From assembly GCF_006345805.1 (NCBI RefSeq), contig NC_043002.1:55986001-56050000 (forward strand): a stretch of DNA of 64,000 nt. Direction: 5' to 3'. This stretch comes from Octopus sinensis. Lineage: Eukaryota. This document shows, piece by piece, positions 1 to 12,469 of this stretch. The notes under the pieces are model-generated. The model worked only from the letters and a program-made list of their open reading frames with translations, was not told the DNA's origin and searched no databases. Position numbers and translations under genes: made by a program. The first letter of the stretch is position 1. Each line of letters opens with the position of its first letter.

Positions 1-190
1 GAGGCAGTTTGGTTTCATGAAGGCAGTTTGACCTCACAGAGGCACTTTGGCTTTACGAAGGCAGTTTGGCCTCACAAAGGCAGTTCGGCCTCACGAAGGC
101 AGTTTGGCGTCATGGAGGCAGTTTGGCTTCACGAAGGCAGTTTGGCCTCACGAAGGTAGTTTGGCCTCATGGAGGCAGTTTGGCCTCACA
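1..190. repeat. 19-bp minisatellite, 10 units visible (truncated by window start)
   Basis: Unit consensus (g/a)aggcagtttggcctcac(a/g). Confidence 0.92.
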
Positions 191-1161
191 GTGACAGGTG
201 ACCAAGACTTTTGGCAATATACCATGTTTGTGTAGATCTGTCAAGCCAAGTGAGACTGTAGTCATGGCCGATGCTGGTGTCAGATCAATGGCACCCATGC
301 CAGTGGCACATAAAAATACCCACAGCATTCTTGGAGTGGTTGGCATTAGGAAGGGCATCCAGCTGTAGGAACCTTGCCAAATCAGATTGGAACCTGGTAT
401 GGCGCCTTGGCTTACCAGTTTTCAGTCAAACCATCCAACCCATGCCAGCATGGAAAGCAGGCGTTAAATGATGATGATGATGATGTTCACATACATGGTC
501 TGTGCCAATCGATTCAGACGACAAATATGTCCCCATCTTGAATGTCATTTCACATTTCTGGACAACTTCCCTTCAGCTCCTAGAAGACTACAAGTGAATT
601 TCTCAACCAATAACATGGAATAAGCAAATTCAACAAAGAATTTATAAACCAGAACGGGTGAGTAGAATATGTTTGATTTTTGTATCTTTCACACATTATG
701 TCTATGTCTCTGGCATCCACTGATCCCTAGAAAGGTAAAATGGTTTTAAAATATGAAGAAGAGAAGCCTGATTATGTTAGCAGTGATTTTCCTGAGGCCA
801 AAAAACAAGTATGGTCCATCTAATTATGATCTTGGTTGAAGTATTTTACAGCTACCATTTTCAAACTCCAAAAGGGAACCAAGCAGGAGTCTACACAAAT
901 ACCAAGATTAAGTTTTGAATTCTCCATGTTTTGACATTTCCAAAACTATATAGCTTTGCTGATTTCTAAAATTTCAAATAGAACCCAATGAACCTGACTA
1001 AAATAGAAGGGTGGGGAAGCTCTTATTACATTAATGACAAAGAAAAGATCTTCTTTATAAAAGCACACAGTTATCCAGCACTCAAAGGATCTACAGAGAC
1101 AATGGTCCTCAACATTGAGGGGGGCATTTTTTAAATTTTGTTTTTGTTTTTTTCACCTCAC

Positions 1162-1230
1162 CTGAATTTTTAAAACTGCGATTCCTCAAATTAGGGAAGT
1201 ATGAATCAGAACTTAGCAAATTGTGGATCC
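1162..1230 (-). CDS. Candidate in-frame cassette exon of the DOCK gene: (G)IHNLLSSDSYFPNLRNRSFKNS(G)
   Basis: Acceptor ctattatttcag, donor CAG|gtgagg, 69 nt, phase 1-1, open in the required frame; no homology recognised. Confidence 0.5.
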
Positions 1231-1874
1231 CTGAAATAATAGTGGAATTTAATCCCTGAAAACAATATGGTACAATTTCTATAGAATAAAGAATTCTTTC
1301 ACAAATCTGTTGTCATTTTTTCTGTCATTTAATGTTTTATAAGAAAAAAAAAACAACATAAAATGAAATACAGAACAAATTAAAGATAATTTAAATTCCA
1401 AAATAAAACAACAAATTAGAAGCATTAGTAGAACAACAAACAAAAAACTTTTCTCAGAACTTGGGGTTACCCTTCATGTTCTGGGTTAAAATCTAGCTAA
1501 TCTCAGACATGTGTAGCTATTATGAAGACAGGAATGTTTCTGCTCTAAGTATTGGAACAAAATGACAAAACCACCAGAGAGAGAGACAGACAGACAGAGA
1601 AAGAGGAAGAAAGAGAGAGAGAAAATAGGAATGAATAAAATAAAATGCTTCTTGTTGAAAGCAGGAAATCATTTTAGGTAAGAATTAATAAAAGAATGAA
1701 AGAAGAGCAAATGGAGCCTATCAGACAGACACATGTTACCGTTATGAAAGACAGGAATGTGTCTGCTTTGAGCATTGGGACATGTTACCATTATGAAGAC
1801 AGGAATGTGCCTGCTTTGAGCATTGGGCCAAAAGCAAGAAAAACACTGGTAATCCTTCTAACATTTGTAGTGAG

Positions 1875-3345
1875 AGAATCTAGGCTTGACTACAAATTTA
1901 TCAAAACCAAAGTAGAAATATATCACCTGCTTTATATGGATGACTGCAAACAATACATAAATACTTGAAAAAAAAAAAAGAACCTGGATTCTCTAACCCA
2001 AAACAGTAAGAGTATTCAGCAAGGATATTGGAATGTAGTGTGGGGTGATTAAATGTGCTGTGTTAATTATGAAGAGAGGCCGGAAGATAGACTCTGATGG
2101 CATAAAATCACATCATTAGATCACTGTGGAATAATGAGGGATACAAATATCTGGGAGTGCTGCAAGATGATACGATAATGGAAGAGGAAAAAATAGAGAA
2201 AGTCACTAAAGAGTACAAGAGATGAATTGGGAAGGTGCTCGACACAAAATTGAAAGGAGAGAACATCATTAAAGCCATAAATATATGGGCTATGCCAATA
2301 CTGGGATACTCTGTTCCCTTTTTGAAATGGACGTTTGGGCTACAGAAATTAAGTAGAACTAGAAAGCTACTCACAATGCAAGCCACCCTAAAAGTAACAC
2401 TAAAAGAAACTAAGCAAGAAAGGAAGGAAGCAGAGGATTATTAAACAGAAGGTAGTCAAGACTGTAAAAATAGGTTTGAAAAATTATATTGTGCAGAGTA
2501 AAGAAAGAATATTATTGGCAGTTAGGGATAGCCAAACAGTGACTGAAACAGTAGAATTCAAACAGAAAAGGAAGAACAACAGAAGAAACAAATAAAAAGA
2601 AATGGAATTATGTGTTCAATTCATAGCACAAGCAGGGGATATTCAAAGTTTAAAAAAACTAGTTATGGCTAAAAGACAGAAACTTGAATTGAGAAATCAA
2701 ATTGCTAATTGAAGCTACACAGGGACAAGCCATTAGGAACAATTCTGATAAAGGCAAAAATCAACAAAACTCAATCAAACAGCACATGTAGAATCTGCAA
2801 GAAAGGAGATGAAAATACTAATCATCTCTTGAGTGAATGCAGTATACTAGCATGAAAAGAGTATAAATGCAGGCATGACTCTATAAGTAAAAGAGTGCAT
2901 TGGGATGCTAGCTGCGTGTATGGTCTTGAAATAACAGAGAAGTGGTATGAAGATGAACAGAGGCTGTGATAGGGAATAGGAATTACAGGAATTTATAGGA
3001 TGTACCCATAAAGACCCTGCAAGGAGATCTGAGGGCAAAAGAAAGAAACAGAGTAAGATCATAGATGTTGCAATACTATAAGGTAATAGAATGGCTACTA
3101 AAGAAACTGAAAAAATTGAGAGATAAAGAGATTGTGGAAAACAATGGTGACAATTGTTCCTGTGGAAATTGGTGCATTTGGCAGCCAAACTGCCATGAAA
3201 AAGATTGAAGTAAGACACGCATTGTCGACCTGCAGAAAAGAACCATCCCATGTTCTACAAGAATCCTAAGAAAGCTACTTGAGACCTGAAGAAACTTGTT
3301 GTCACTAAACCTCATGACAACATACCTGCTAGCTAATATAGCATG
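1875..3345 (+). mobile_element. Degraded R4/Dong-type non-LTR retrotransposon 3' half (RT, CCHC knuckle, restriction-like endonuclease)
   Basis: HLLYMDD; IKAINIWAMPILGYS; CRICKKGDENTNHLLSEC followed by RHD; IIDVAI; LQK..ILRKLL; ends in (AAT)n; many stops and frameshifts. Confidence 0.82.
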
Positions 3346-3588
3346 TAATAATAATGATAATAATAATAATAATAATGACTTCAAAATTTGGCACAAAGCC
3401 AGCAATCCTGAGGGAAAAAGCAAGTCAATTACATATATCCCAGTACAGAACTGGTACTTATTTTATCAGCCTCAAAAAGATAAAAGGCAAAGTCAACCAC
3501 AGTGGAATTTGAACTCAGAACATACAGACAGACGAAATGCCGCTAAGCATTTTGCCTGACATGCTAACTATTTGCCAACTTACTGCCT

Positions 3589-3636
<48 letters not shown>

Positions 3637-3781
3637 TAATAATAATAATAATAAATTGTTTCAATAACAGAAATATTTCTTTTCCAGAAACCAAACTGCA
3701 AAATTAATGAATAAGATTATTTTAATTATTTCAGAACCAAATTACATGATCCTGGAATTGAAAATTAGGAAGGGTCATTAC

Positions 3782-3873
3782 CTGAGAGATTTTTTTCTGA
3801 TGTTGGTATCCGTTGTAAGGCCCTCCTTATAATATTGTCATGTAAGTTGTGAAATAATTCCTCTTTATCTACA
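3782..3873 (-). CDS. DOCK3: DOCK3/4 exon: VDKEELFHNLHDNIIRRALQRIPTSEKNLS(G)
   Basis: Acceptor ctttgttttacag, donor CAG|gtaatg, 92 nt, phase 2-1; LHDNIIRR resembles vertebrate IHENIIRK. Confidence 0.92.
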
Positions 3874-4716
3874 CTGTAAAACAAAGACAAGTATACATTA
3901 ATTAACAGAAGTGTCTATACCAATTAGAAGAGGAGGGTAAATTAGGAGATGGGGTATACACTAATTAGCAGAGCAGGTTTTTTTCATCTTGTGGGTTACT
4001 TGGAAACCTTTCTAATGCTGGTGCCATAAAAAAAGCATCCAGTACACACTGTAAAGTGATTCGTGTTAGGAAGGGCATTTAGCCATAGAAAAACTCAATT
4101 CAGTTGGCCAGTTCCCCCTGACTGGCTCCCATGCCAGTGACACGTAAAAAACACCATATGAACATGGCCGATGCCAGGTCTGCCTGACTGGCTCTTATGC
4201 CAGTGGCACATAAAAGCCATCACTTGTTTTCACACCTGACACACTGAGTGTAATCTTTAGTGGAGGAGCCATTGTGTTATAAGCATTCAATCCAGCATCC
4301 AGTTTAAGAATACCTGTCTCTGTGCCACCAGTGCCAGAGGCCCTGGAACTGAATCAATAACATTGCCTTCCCTCCTGACTAAAACAATAAAAAAAGTACC
4401 AAGGAGGCAGATTTTTTAAATAGTAAGAACATGGGACATGATACCTTGCAGTATTTGTTCCAGCTTTTTGTGATCTGAGTTCAAATCCCACAAGGGCCTA
4501 ACTGGGTGGCAGACTTAAACCCACTGCTCAGTTTAACACCTTCAACAGATACCTTGGGTGTCTTTAGCAGAATCTACTCTGTTGCAAACATTTAGACCAG
4601 GGTTCTGGTTTGAGGACACCCTCCATATCTCTCTGCTCACCAGCCATGGGCCACTGCTTTCAATCTCGACTATAAGGCTTAAGGAAAAAAACTTGCTGAA
4701 GGTTAACTTTACTGAC

Positions 4717-4789
4717 CTTGTTACCTTCAGCGTCACTTCAGTTTCATCGTGACTAAACTTGGCTTGGTTGATTTCCTTCAAGGAACAAA
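4717..4789 (-). CDS. DOCK3: DOCK3/4 exon: CSLKEINQAKFSHDETEVTLKVT(S)
   Basis: Acceptor gctatctttccag, donor AAG|gtcagt chosen because the next exon needs phase 2; 73 nt. Confidence 0.87.
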
Positions 4790-5433
4790 CTGGAAAGATA
4801 GCGAAAGAAAAAGGAAAATAATAACAATAAGAATATTCCATACAAAAAATGTGTTTAGTGGGAAAAGGGGACAGTGTTGATTGGCAAGGATTATTTTATT
4901 GATTCCTGGATGAAAATAGAAAAAAGACAAAAATTAATGATAACGATATTCTTTTATCTTTTAAAAATAGAGTTGAACTTGTGATTTGATACAAGAACTG
5001 TATGTTGACGCTAAAGACATTTTACTACAGCAGAACCATTTAATAATACACAAAACTATTAAATTCACTTTAGATCTTAATTTATATTTCAGGTATTGTC
5101 AAAATCTTTGTTACACAACTGCAACCTGGATACTGTTACAATTGCAATGGAACTGCATTGACAACCAAGTCGCAGCCATGCAATGAAGACCTTGAAGCCA
5201 CATTAAATGAATTCAAATTTGAAATCAGTTTAATAGCTTTGTGAGTTGTTCTCAAACAAATGCTTCCTAACAACAAGAAATGTAACGGTTACCTTTTGAA
5301 TAGTTACAAAAGAAATTTTGCCAAACAAACTGATAAATTTAATAGAATCAACTGAAGAATTTGGAGTTCAATGTAAACTTTCACCAGTGGAAGATAAATG
5401 AAATATAAGACAAAAAGGAAGCCAAGCTCTCAC

Positions 5434-5508
5434 CTGCCGCTCCATACGGTCTGCGAAACTTCTTGTTGCTGCTACTTTTTTTGCTTGTGTCACTGGTTAG
5501 CATTTTAC
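5434..5508 (-). CDS. DOCK3: DOCK3/4 exon: KMLTSDTSKKSSSNKKFRRPYGAA(V)
   Basis: Acceptor tttctatgacaacag, donor CAG|gtgaga, 75 nt, phase 1-1, RRPYG motif. Confidence 0.94.
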
Positions 5509-6801
5509 CTGTTGTCATAGAAATAAAAAAGAGACAGAGTTAGAGAAGAGGAATTGTAGTCCTGATGCGGTTCTTGGGTAGACCAGGGGTCAGTTTTACT
5601 TGAAAGAACATCATCAATCAATAGTAAAGCTGGACTATCCACATTTAAAAATGGCCTCAGATTTACAGGTTAAAATGTAGTTCCCATAATGAATTTAAAA
5701 TAGAGTTTACTGAGAGAGAAGAGAGAGAGGGAGAGACTTCATCATCATCATTTAATATTTGTTTTCTATGTTGGCATGGGCTGGATGGTTTGACAGGAGC
5801 TGGCAAGGTCAGGAGCCACACCAGGTTCCATAGTCTGTTTTGATATAGTTTCTATGGCTGGATGCCCTTCCTAAAGCCAACCACTTTACAGAGTGTACAG
5901 GGTGCTTTTTATGCGACACAATCACCAACCAATGCTGTTTACATGGCACCAGCACCAGTGCTCTTTGCATGGTACAATCACCAACTAGTGCTTTTTATGT
6001 GGCACCAGCACTGACAGGGTCACCAAGTTCATTGCAAGACAAAGACCCCTCAACTAGGAGGGGAAGGAGTAGTACTGAGAGGTTTTGGCTTTGTGCCAGC
6101 TGAAAGATTTAAGGTATAGAGGTGACAAATATAAGTGTCTGCTGTAGGGTACCCCAGTTGGGAAACAAAGGAATATGAGACTTAGCTCGTTATATTTAGT
6201 AAAAAGGTACTGTAACAGAGCAGAAGCACTCATTTTCATGATATTACAAAATATGTCTGGTCCTTTGCCCACCAAAAAATAGCGAATATAAAAAGACAAC
6301 TGACTCAGAATTTGTCTTTGTAAGCATGAAAAGGAAAGGAGTAAGTGTGGTTGTGTGGGTAAGAAGCTTGCTCATCAATCATGTGGTCTTGGGTTCAGTC
6401 CCACTGCATGGCACCTTGGGCAAGTGCCTTCTACTCTAGCCCAGGCCCAACCAAACCTTCTGAGTGGACTTGGGAGATAGAAATTAGACAAAGCCTGTTG
6501 TGTCGTGTGTGTCCCCTTGTCTTGACATCATGTGATGGCTATAAATGAGCATGACCATCATACAAGTGGTGTTATCTGTTTCCAGTCCTCTGTGAAGAAA
6601 CATACCTGGCCATTGGAAAATAACACCTTACTTGGAAACAGGTGAGGGTTGGTGACAGGAAGGGCATCTGGCCAAAGAAAATCAGCCTCAAGAAATTCCA
6701 TCTGACTCATACAAAGCATGGAAAAGGTAGACATTAAAAGATAATGAAGAATGAAAGAATGAAAAGATCAACATAAAAGGAGGGCAAAATCAAATATTTA
6801 C

Positions 6802-6853
6802 CAATTCTGTAGATTTGTACGACAAGCCATAAGTCTTTCTCCAATGGAAGATC
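6802..6853 (-). CDS. DOCK3: DOCK3/4 exon: DLPLEKDLWLVVQIYRI(G)
   Basis: Acceptor ttttcttcccaag, donor TTG|gtaaat, 52 nt, phase 0-1. Confidence 0.9.
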
Positions 6854-7060
6854 CTTGGGAAGAAAATACATATTTTAATAAAAATTTTCATAGTTTTGGA
6901 AGAAACATTAAAGAAACAATGTAAAATAAGGATTTTAATGCTTCCAGGTAAAAGACTTTTTCTCTTTCCATTGCTTTTGACTAGAATAGCCTCTGGGAAT
7001 ACAGAGAAATAAGGAAGTATTGAAAGACTAGTGAGGAATATAAGAGCTGCTGCTTATTAA

Positions 7061-7276
7061 CCCTTTCATTACTAATCCGGCTGAAACCAGCTCTGGCTTT
7101 GTATGCAAGTGTCTTGTTTTCATAAGTTTTGAATTAAAATCTTCCACCAAACCTTAGTCACAATTTATGTTCCTAACACTAGCTTAATGATAAATTATTT
7201 TACTAAATTCTTTGTTATATTTAAAGTAATTGAAAGAAACACAGAGCATCTCAACAGAAATACGGTAACGAAAGGG
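7061..7276. mobile_element. TTAA-flanked MITE (piggyBac-like ends)
   Basis: ttaa|CCCTTTCATTAC ... GTAACGAAAGGG|ttaa; related copies at 52188-52625 and 21420-21870. Confidence 0.8.
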
Positions 7277-7838
7277 TTAAACTTGAGTTAATGCCACTGT
7301 CATGTAATCAGTATAACAGAAATAGTTTTGGTGCTTATCTTGGCTTTGAGAGAGTTACACATAAGTGAGTCTGTTAGAGATTTTGGCCGTGAATGGATTC
7401 AAGACAAGTAAAATATCATTCAATAATTTGGTACCAAGAGGCTAAATGGTGAACTGTCGGGATATCTTTTATTGCTAAGAAATCTGGATGAGAGAGATTT
7501 AAGGGCCTTTTATTGCAGGGGGCATATCACAGTGCTGGTGGTAGGGAAAGAAAAGAAAGCTGCATTCCATTAACAGTTCTGGCTCACAGATACATGAATG
7601 GAACAGGGACATGTTTGAGGGAAATTTCCTCGAGTTATTTGAGACGTTACTAAAATGAGTTTGGAGAGTTTCTTTGTACTTTTGAGTACACTGAAAAACA
7701 CCAGTTCAATTTTACCCATCACACTAATGATGGTAATGAAAGGAAGGATGATATGAATTTAACAAAAGAAGAAATTAATTTCAAACAATTGAATTAGATT
7801 TGTATAAAATAGTCTTCCATTGAAGTTGCAGAACTTAC

Positions 7839-7920
7839 CAAAAATAGACCATAGCAGTTGTTCAGTTTTTCAATGGGTTGAGTCATTCCTTGATCATTAA
7901 TTGAAACAAGAAAACGTTCA
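7839..7920 (-). CDS. DOCK3: DOCK3/4 exon: ERFLVSINDQGMTQPIEKLNNCYGLFL
   Basis: Acceptor ttttttcatgctccag, donor TTG|gtaagt, 82 nt, phase 2-0. Confidence 0.94.
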
Positions 7921-8992
7921 CTGGAGCATGAAAAAAAAAAAGAGAATGAAATTAAAAATTTATGATTCTAACTAACCAGACAGAATGAAACAAAATTTAT
8001 TAGCATCACCATCAATCTTGATGGCTTCACAGCATTCTCTGCCTCTTCACTCTAATGGTGATATTTCTCCATGCACCAAGATATTATGGCCTCTCTCTCA
8101 ACTCCATGAATATCAATTCATTTCTCATTTATTCTTTATTGTAACCAATATGGTTATGATAATGATTTCTTAAAAAAGACACCAGGCTGATCACAAATAT
8201 GTTGGAACATAGTAAAGTTGATTAAACTGACCCCATAATAATATACATAGATCCCAGAGACATGAACAGACATAATGTATACACTGAGAACAAAATAGAT
8301 AGGGACCACTTGATGTATGGTATTCTATCATTTTGGTAGAATACAACCTCACAAACCAAAACAATACTTCCAGCTAAAACTAAATTCCTAATACTGAAAC
8401 CCAATCCTGGCCAATTTAATGTATTATTTTATTCTTCAGTGGTTCCAGTCAATTGGCTCTGGCCACACTGGAGACACGCATGTTAGAAAATACAGAAATT
8501 AACATTAAGGCAATATTACAGATATAAACTCAAAAAAATGCATCTGATTAATGACTAAACACTTAACTAAGAACAGTCATTAATCTAACCTAACACTAAT
8601 ACACTAAAGCAAAAATATGAATCCCAGAATTAGCTACAATGGGATGACTTCTTGAACAAGATATTCTGTTGGATTTTGAGTACAACATATTGGTAAGACA
8701 GTCTCTAATAAAAAAACAAAACCTATTAACCAAACTTTGTTTACACCTTTTACTTAAAGCAAGAATTTTTCTCCATGGCAGACTGCAGTGAAAATGGCTT
8801 TTTTTACAGGTCAGATACACCCCACTCATATTTGAATTGCTCTAATGTTTGTTTATTCTTCACTGTTGCTTTGGGCACCACCCATATGTTTTGTTTTGAC
8901 TTGGGATTTGAAGCACACAATCAGTAAATAATATTAACTGATTTCTTATAAAGTTAAACCTTCCAGTCTGTTTAGAGTTGCTTGCTCAGTAC

Positions 8993-9035
8993 CTGGTACT
9001 GAAGAGAGCAAAGTAACTTGAAATGCATCTATCAG
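8993..9035 (+). ncRNA. Minimal type I hammerhead motif
   Basis: CTGGTA-CTGAAGA-GAG-caaagtaa-CTT-GAAA-TGCA-TC-TATCAG: 6-bp helix I with one G-U, 3-bp helix II, palindromic ATGCAT helix III, AUC triplet. Confidence 0.65.
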
Positions 9036-9294
9036 TTCATAAAGGATGTTCTGAACTCACTTTAGTGTTTCTAATATCTTTTACCAAAAGATGAAAATTT
9101 TTATCCATGGCAAACTATTGTGAAAATGGCCTTCTTACAGGTCAAATATGTCCCAAACATGCTTGCATTGATCTAAACTTTATAATATCTAAAGGCAAAA
9201 CAGATTTTTGCACATACATATTCAATCTCATTCAATGCCTTAACTATTGCACCCGAAGAAAGAAAAATTGAAAAATTATAACTTTGATACTGAC

Positions 9295-9443
9295 CTGATG
9301 AATTTCAATTCACTTGCATCATAGATGGAAAAATAGAGTTCTTTATCTTCACTTAGACTAGAAGGAAAGCTCTTGAAGTTGACAAGAATGTTGGCAATAT
9401 TAAGCATTCTGCCATCATTGCTCTCTCTATCATATTTTGATGT
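9295..9443 (-). CDS. DOCK3: DOCK3/4 exon: TSKYDRESNDGRMLNIANILVNFKSFPSSLSEDKELYFSIYDASELKFI(S)
   Basis: Acceptor cttttctaattgcag, donor CAG|gtcagt, 149 nt, phase 0-2. Confidence 0.92.
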
Positions 9444-10359
9444 CTGCAATTAGAAAAGATAAACTTGGAAATTCTCATAAACTAATCCAAGAAGAAATGT
9501 AATTTACAGTTAGAAACTGCCTTTAAAGAAAGCAACATTTGGAAAACATAAAGCACCGAAATAGTATTGCAGGAGAATAATTTTGGTTAAATCTAATTGG
9601 TGTCACAGCAGAAGAATCTTGGTTTGGTCTAATTGGCATTGCAGTATTAGTTTGTCCATTGTTGTCAACAATGACCAAGGACATTACATGGGAGAAGATA
9701 ACAGGGCAGGGTGTGTCTGCCTGTGGCCAATCAGTCATATGCATGCACAGAAGGATGTGCCACAGGTCAGGCACAGGTGGTCAGTTGGGACTGAGAGCAA
9801 GGAGTCGCTGGACTTGTGTAGTTTGGGTTTTTGTTTCTGCCCCTACAATCCTATTCTATTGTTTGTTAACGTTATATGTTGATTCTTTTTTGTAGTAGAA
9901 ACACAAATAAAGAGACATCTGGAGAGCTAAAACCAACTTTGCCTTTCATCCAAAATAAAGTACCAGTCATGCACTGAGGTCAATGGCATCAACTAACCCC
10001 TTTCCCTTTAATTGCCTCCATCTGGTATTTAACAGATGCATTATTTTATTGACTCCCAAAAGGATAAAAAGTGATGTTGACCTTGGCAGGGTTCGATCTC
10101 AGAAAATAAAGATCTGCAAGAAGTGCCACTAAGCACATCGATCTGAAATGTTTAATGACTGCTAACTTGTAGTAGTAGTAGTAGTAGTAGCAGCGACAGT
10201 AACAGTAGTAATAATACTTTCTACTGCCCAACACACCGATATTTACCTAGTTCACTGGTCCCTACATTCACCTCTGTCCCCATCTCTAACCATCTGTCAC
10301 TTTTCTCTTATTCTAAAATCAACCTATCCACTCAGTTTTCATGATTCTTTTATTCTTTT

Positions 10360-10715
10360 ATTTGTTTCAATGATTTGACTGCGGCCATGCTGGAGCACCA
10401 CCTTTAGTAGAACAAATCAACCCCAGGACTTATTCTTTGTAAGCCTAGTATTTATTCTATCGGTCTCTTTTGCTGAACCGCTAAGTTACGGGGACGTAAA
10501 CACACCAACATCGGTTGTCAAGTGATGGTGGGGAGACAAACACAGACACACACACTCATATATTTATATGTTCCCGTCTACTAAATCTACTCACAAGGCT
10601 TTGGTCAGCCTGAGGCTACAAGTAGAAGACATTTGCCCAAGGTGCCATGCAGTGGGAATGAACCTGGAACCATGTGGTTGGTAAGCAAGCTACTTACCAC
10701 ACAGCCACTCCTGCA
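10360..10715 (-). mobile_element. tRNA-headed SINE family B (ggcaccttgggcaagtgtcttctactatagc block, CORE-like); representative of about 20 copies
   Basis: Other copies near 6345-6750, 11440-12030, 19800-20070, 25995-26380, 31840-32240, 33725-34190, 36930-37640, 44570-45845, 47990-48290, 49115-49600, 51500-51800, 57795-58625 and 61470-61860. Confidence 0.88.
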
Positions 10716-11665
10716 CCTATTTTTTAAACTCACTTCTTATGCTTTGAGGGTATATTCTGGCACCCCAGCACTACCATCTTTATCTCCCTACCAACTATTC
10801 TCATTCACCCTTATATAATGTGGGGTAGCCATGTGTCTCCTTTATAGCAAGACACTCAGCATAAAGCCACCTACCTCCCCCTACCTTTTCTTTGTTTTGT
10901 GAGTTACTTGGTGATCTCACTAATGCTGGTGCCATGAATAAAGCACCCAGTACACTCTGCAAAGTGTGTTGGCATTAGAGGAGACATCCAGCCACAAAAA
11001 CTATGGCCCTAGGTCCTTAAACCCTGTCAAACCATCCAGCCCTTGCTAACATGGAAGACAAACATTAAATGATGAGGATGAGTGACTATAAAACAATATT
11101 CCATGATTCATTTCTAAATATCAAATAAATCTGGTACCATTGTTGCATTCCACCCTATTGTTGGTAATATTCCTGAGTTCTCCCAGGCAACCCCTTGAGC
11201 AGAGTCCCCATCATTCCCCAACTCCATGAATTACCCACTCCTCAGCTATGACCATGTGATATGTGTTTGACCAACTGCAGCCACCAACCCAGCTGGAGCC
11301 TCGGTGAAGAGCACACTGTAAGCAGGGTCCGACTCATAAAATCGAGCAACGTGGCCAAATGGTCTGAACAGGCATTTCTAAACTATACAAGTAACACATC
11401 CCAATTTCTGAGTAGGGTCATTCGTTATTCTTTTATTCTTTCACTTGTTTCAGTCATCCGACTGCAGCCATTGCTGGAGCACCACCTTTAGTCGAACAAA
11501 TCAACTCCAAGACTTATTCTTTGTAAGCCTACTGCTTATTCTATCGGTCTCTTTTGCCAAACTGCTAAGTTATGGGGACTTAAACACACCAACATTGGTT
11601 GTCAAGCGATGGTGGGGGGGACAAACACAGACACAAATAACAAACACACACATACATATAGATAG

Positions 11666-11725
<60 letters not shown>

Positions 11726-11882
11726 CAGGCTTCTTTCGGTTTCCGTCTATCAAATCTACTCACAAGCTTTGGTTGGCCTGAGGCTATAGTAGAAGATACT
11801 TGCCCAAGGTACCATGCAGTGGGACTGAACCCGGAACTATGTGGTTGGTAAGTGAGTTCTTACCACACACTCATGCCTGCAC

Positions 11883-11914
<32 letters not shown>

Positions 11915-12208
11915 CAACGGGCTTCTTTCAGTTTCCATCTACCAAATCCACTCACAAGGCTTTGGTAGGACTGACCCCGGAACCATGTGGTTGGGAAGCA
12001 AGCTTCTTACCACACAGCCACTCCTGCTCAAACAAAATCTGATCAATGGTAAGTGATAATCCTGCAAAGCAACCTGGTACCAAAGGAACTCAGGCTCAAA
12101 TAAATTAACAAAACTAAATTCTAGAACCTGACTTTAATAAATCCTGATATTTTAATATTTTGGTTACATCGTCATGGTTACATAAGAAAAACTGAAGGTA
12201 CAACTTAC

Positions 12209-12329
12209 TTTGGTATCTCGTAAGGAAGTATCACTTTCCTTGTGAATCCAATAGAGTTGAACAATACTGATTTTATCAGCATCCACCTGTTCTCCATTTA
12301 AACGAGGTACCAAATCTAAGGAGAGTGTT
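12209..12329 (-). CDS. DOCK3: DOCK3/4 exon: (K)TLSLDLVPRLNGEQVDADKISIVQLYWIHKESDTSLRDTK
   Basis: Acceptor cattttctag, donor AAA|gtaagt, 121 nt, phase 2-0, LDLVPR motif. Confidence 0.93.
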
Positions 12330-12469
12330 CTAGAAAATGAACAGAGAATGTTAAAAAAGGAAATAAAACATGCATTTTTATTGCTATTGGGATATTTAGA
12401 GCAAAATCGTGTAGAAATCTAAAACAAATTTGACTCCAAATTTGTTTTCATTCATTTATTTTAGTATCA

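Noticed and set aside
575-658. Plus-strand exon-like segment (ttcag|...cgg|gtgagt)
   Set aside because: A single segment with no partner exons or homology; expected by chance.
1515-1835. Three copies of a roughly 45-49-bp motif (ttatgaagacaggaatgt...)
   Set aside because: An ordinary local duplication with no structure or coding signal.
5345-5415. CTGAAGA...GAAA-TA-TA hammerhead-like string
   Set aside because: No helix I complement.
9520-9915. Solo-LTR-like block with CCAAT and AATAAA
   Set aside because: No TG...CA termini with a TSD could be fixed and there is no second copy.
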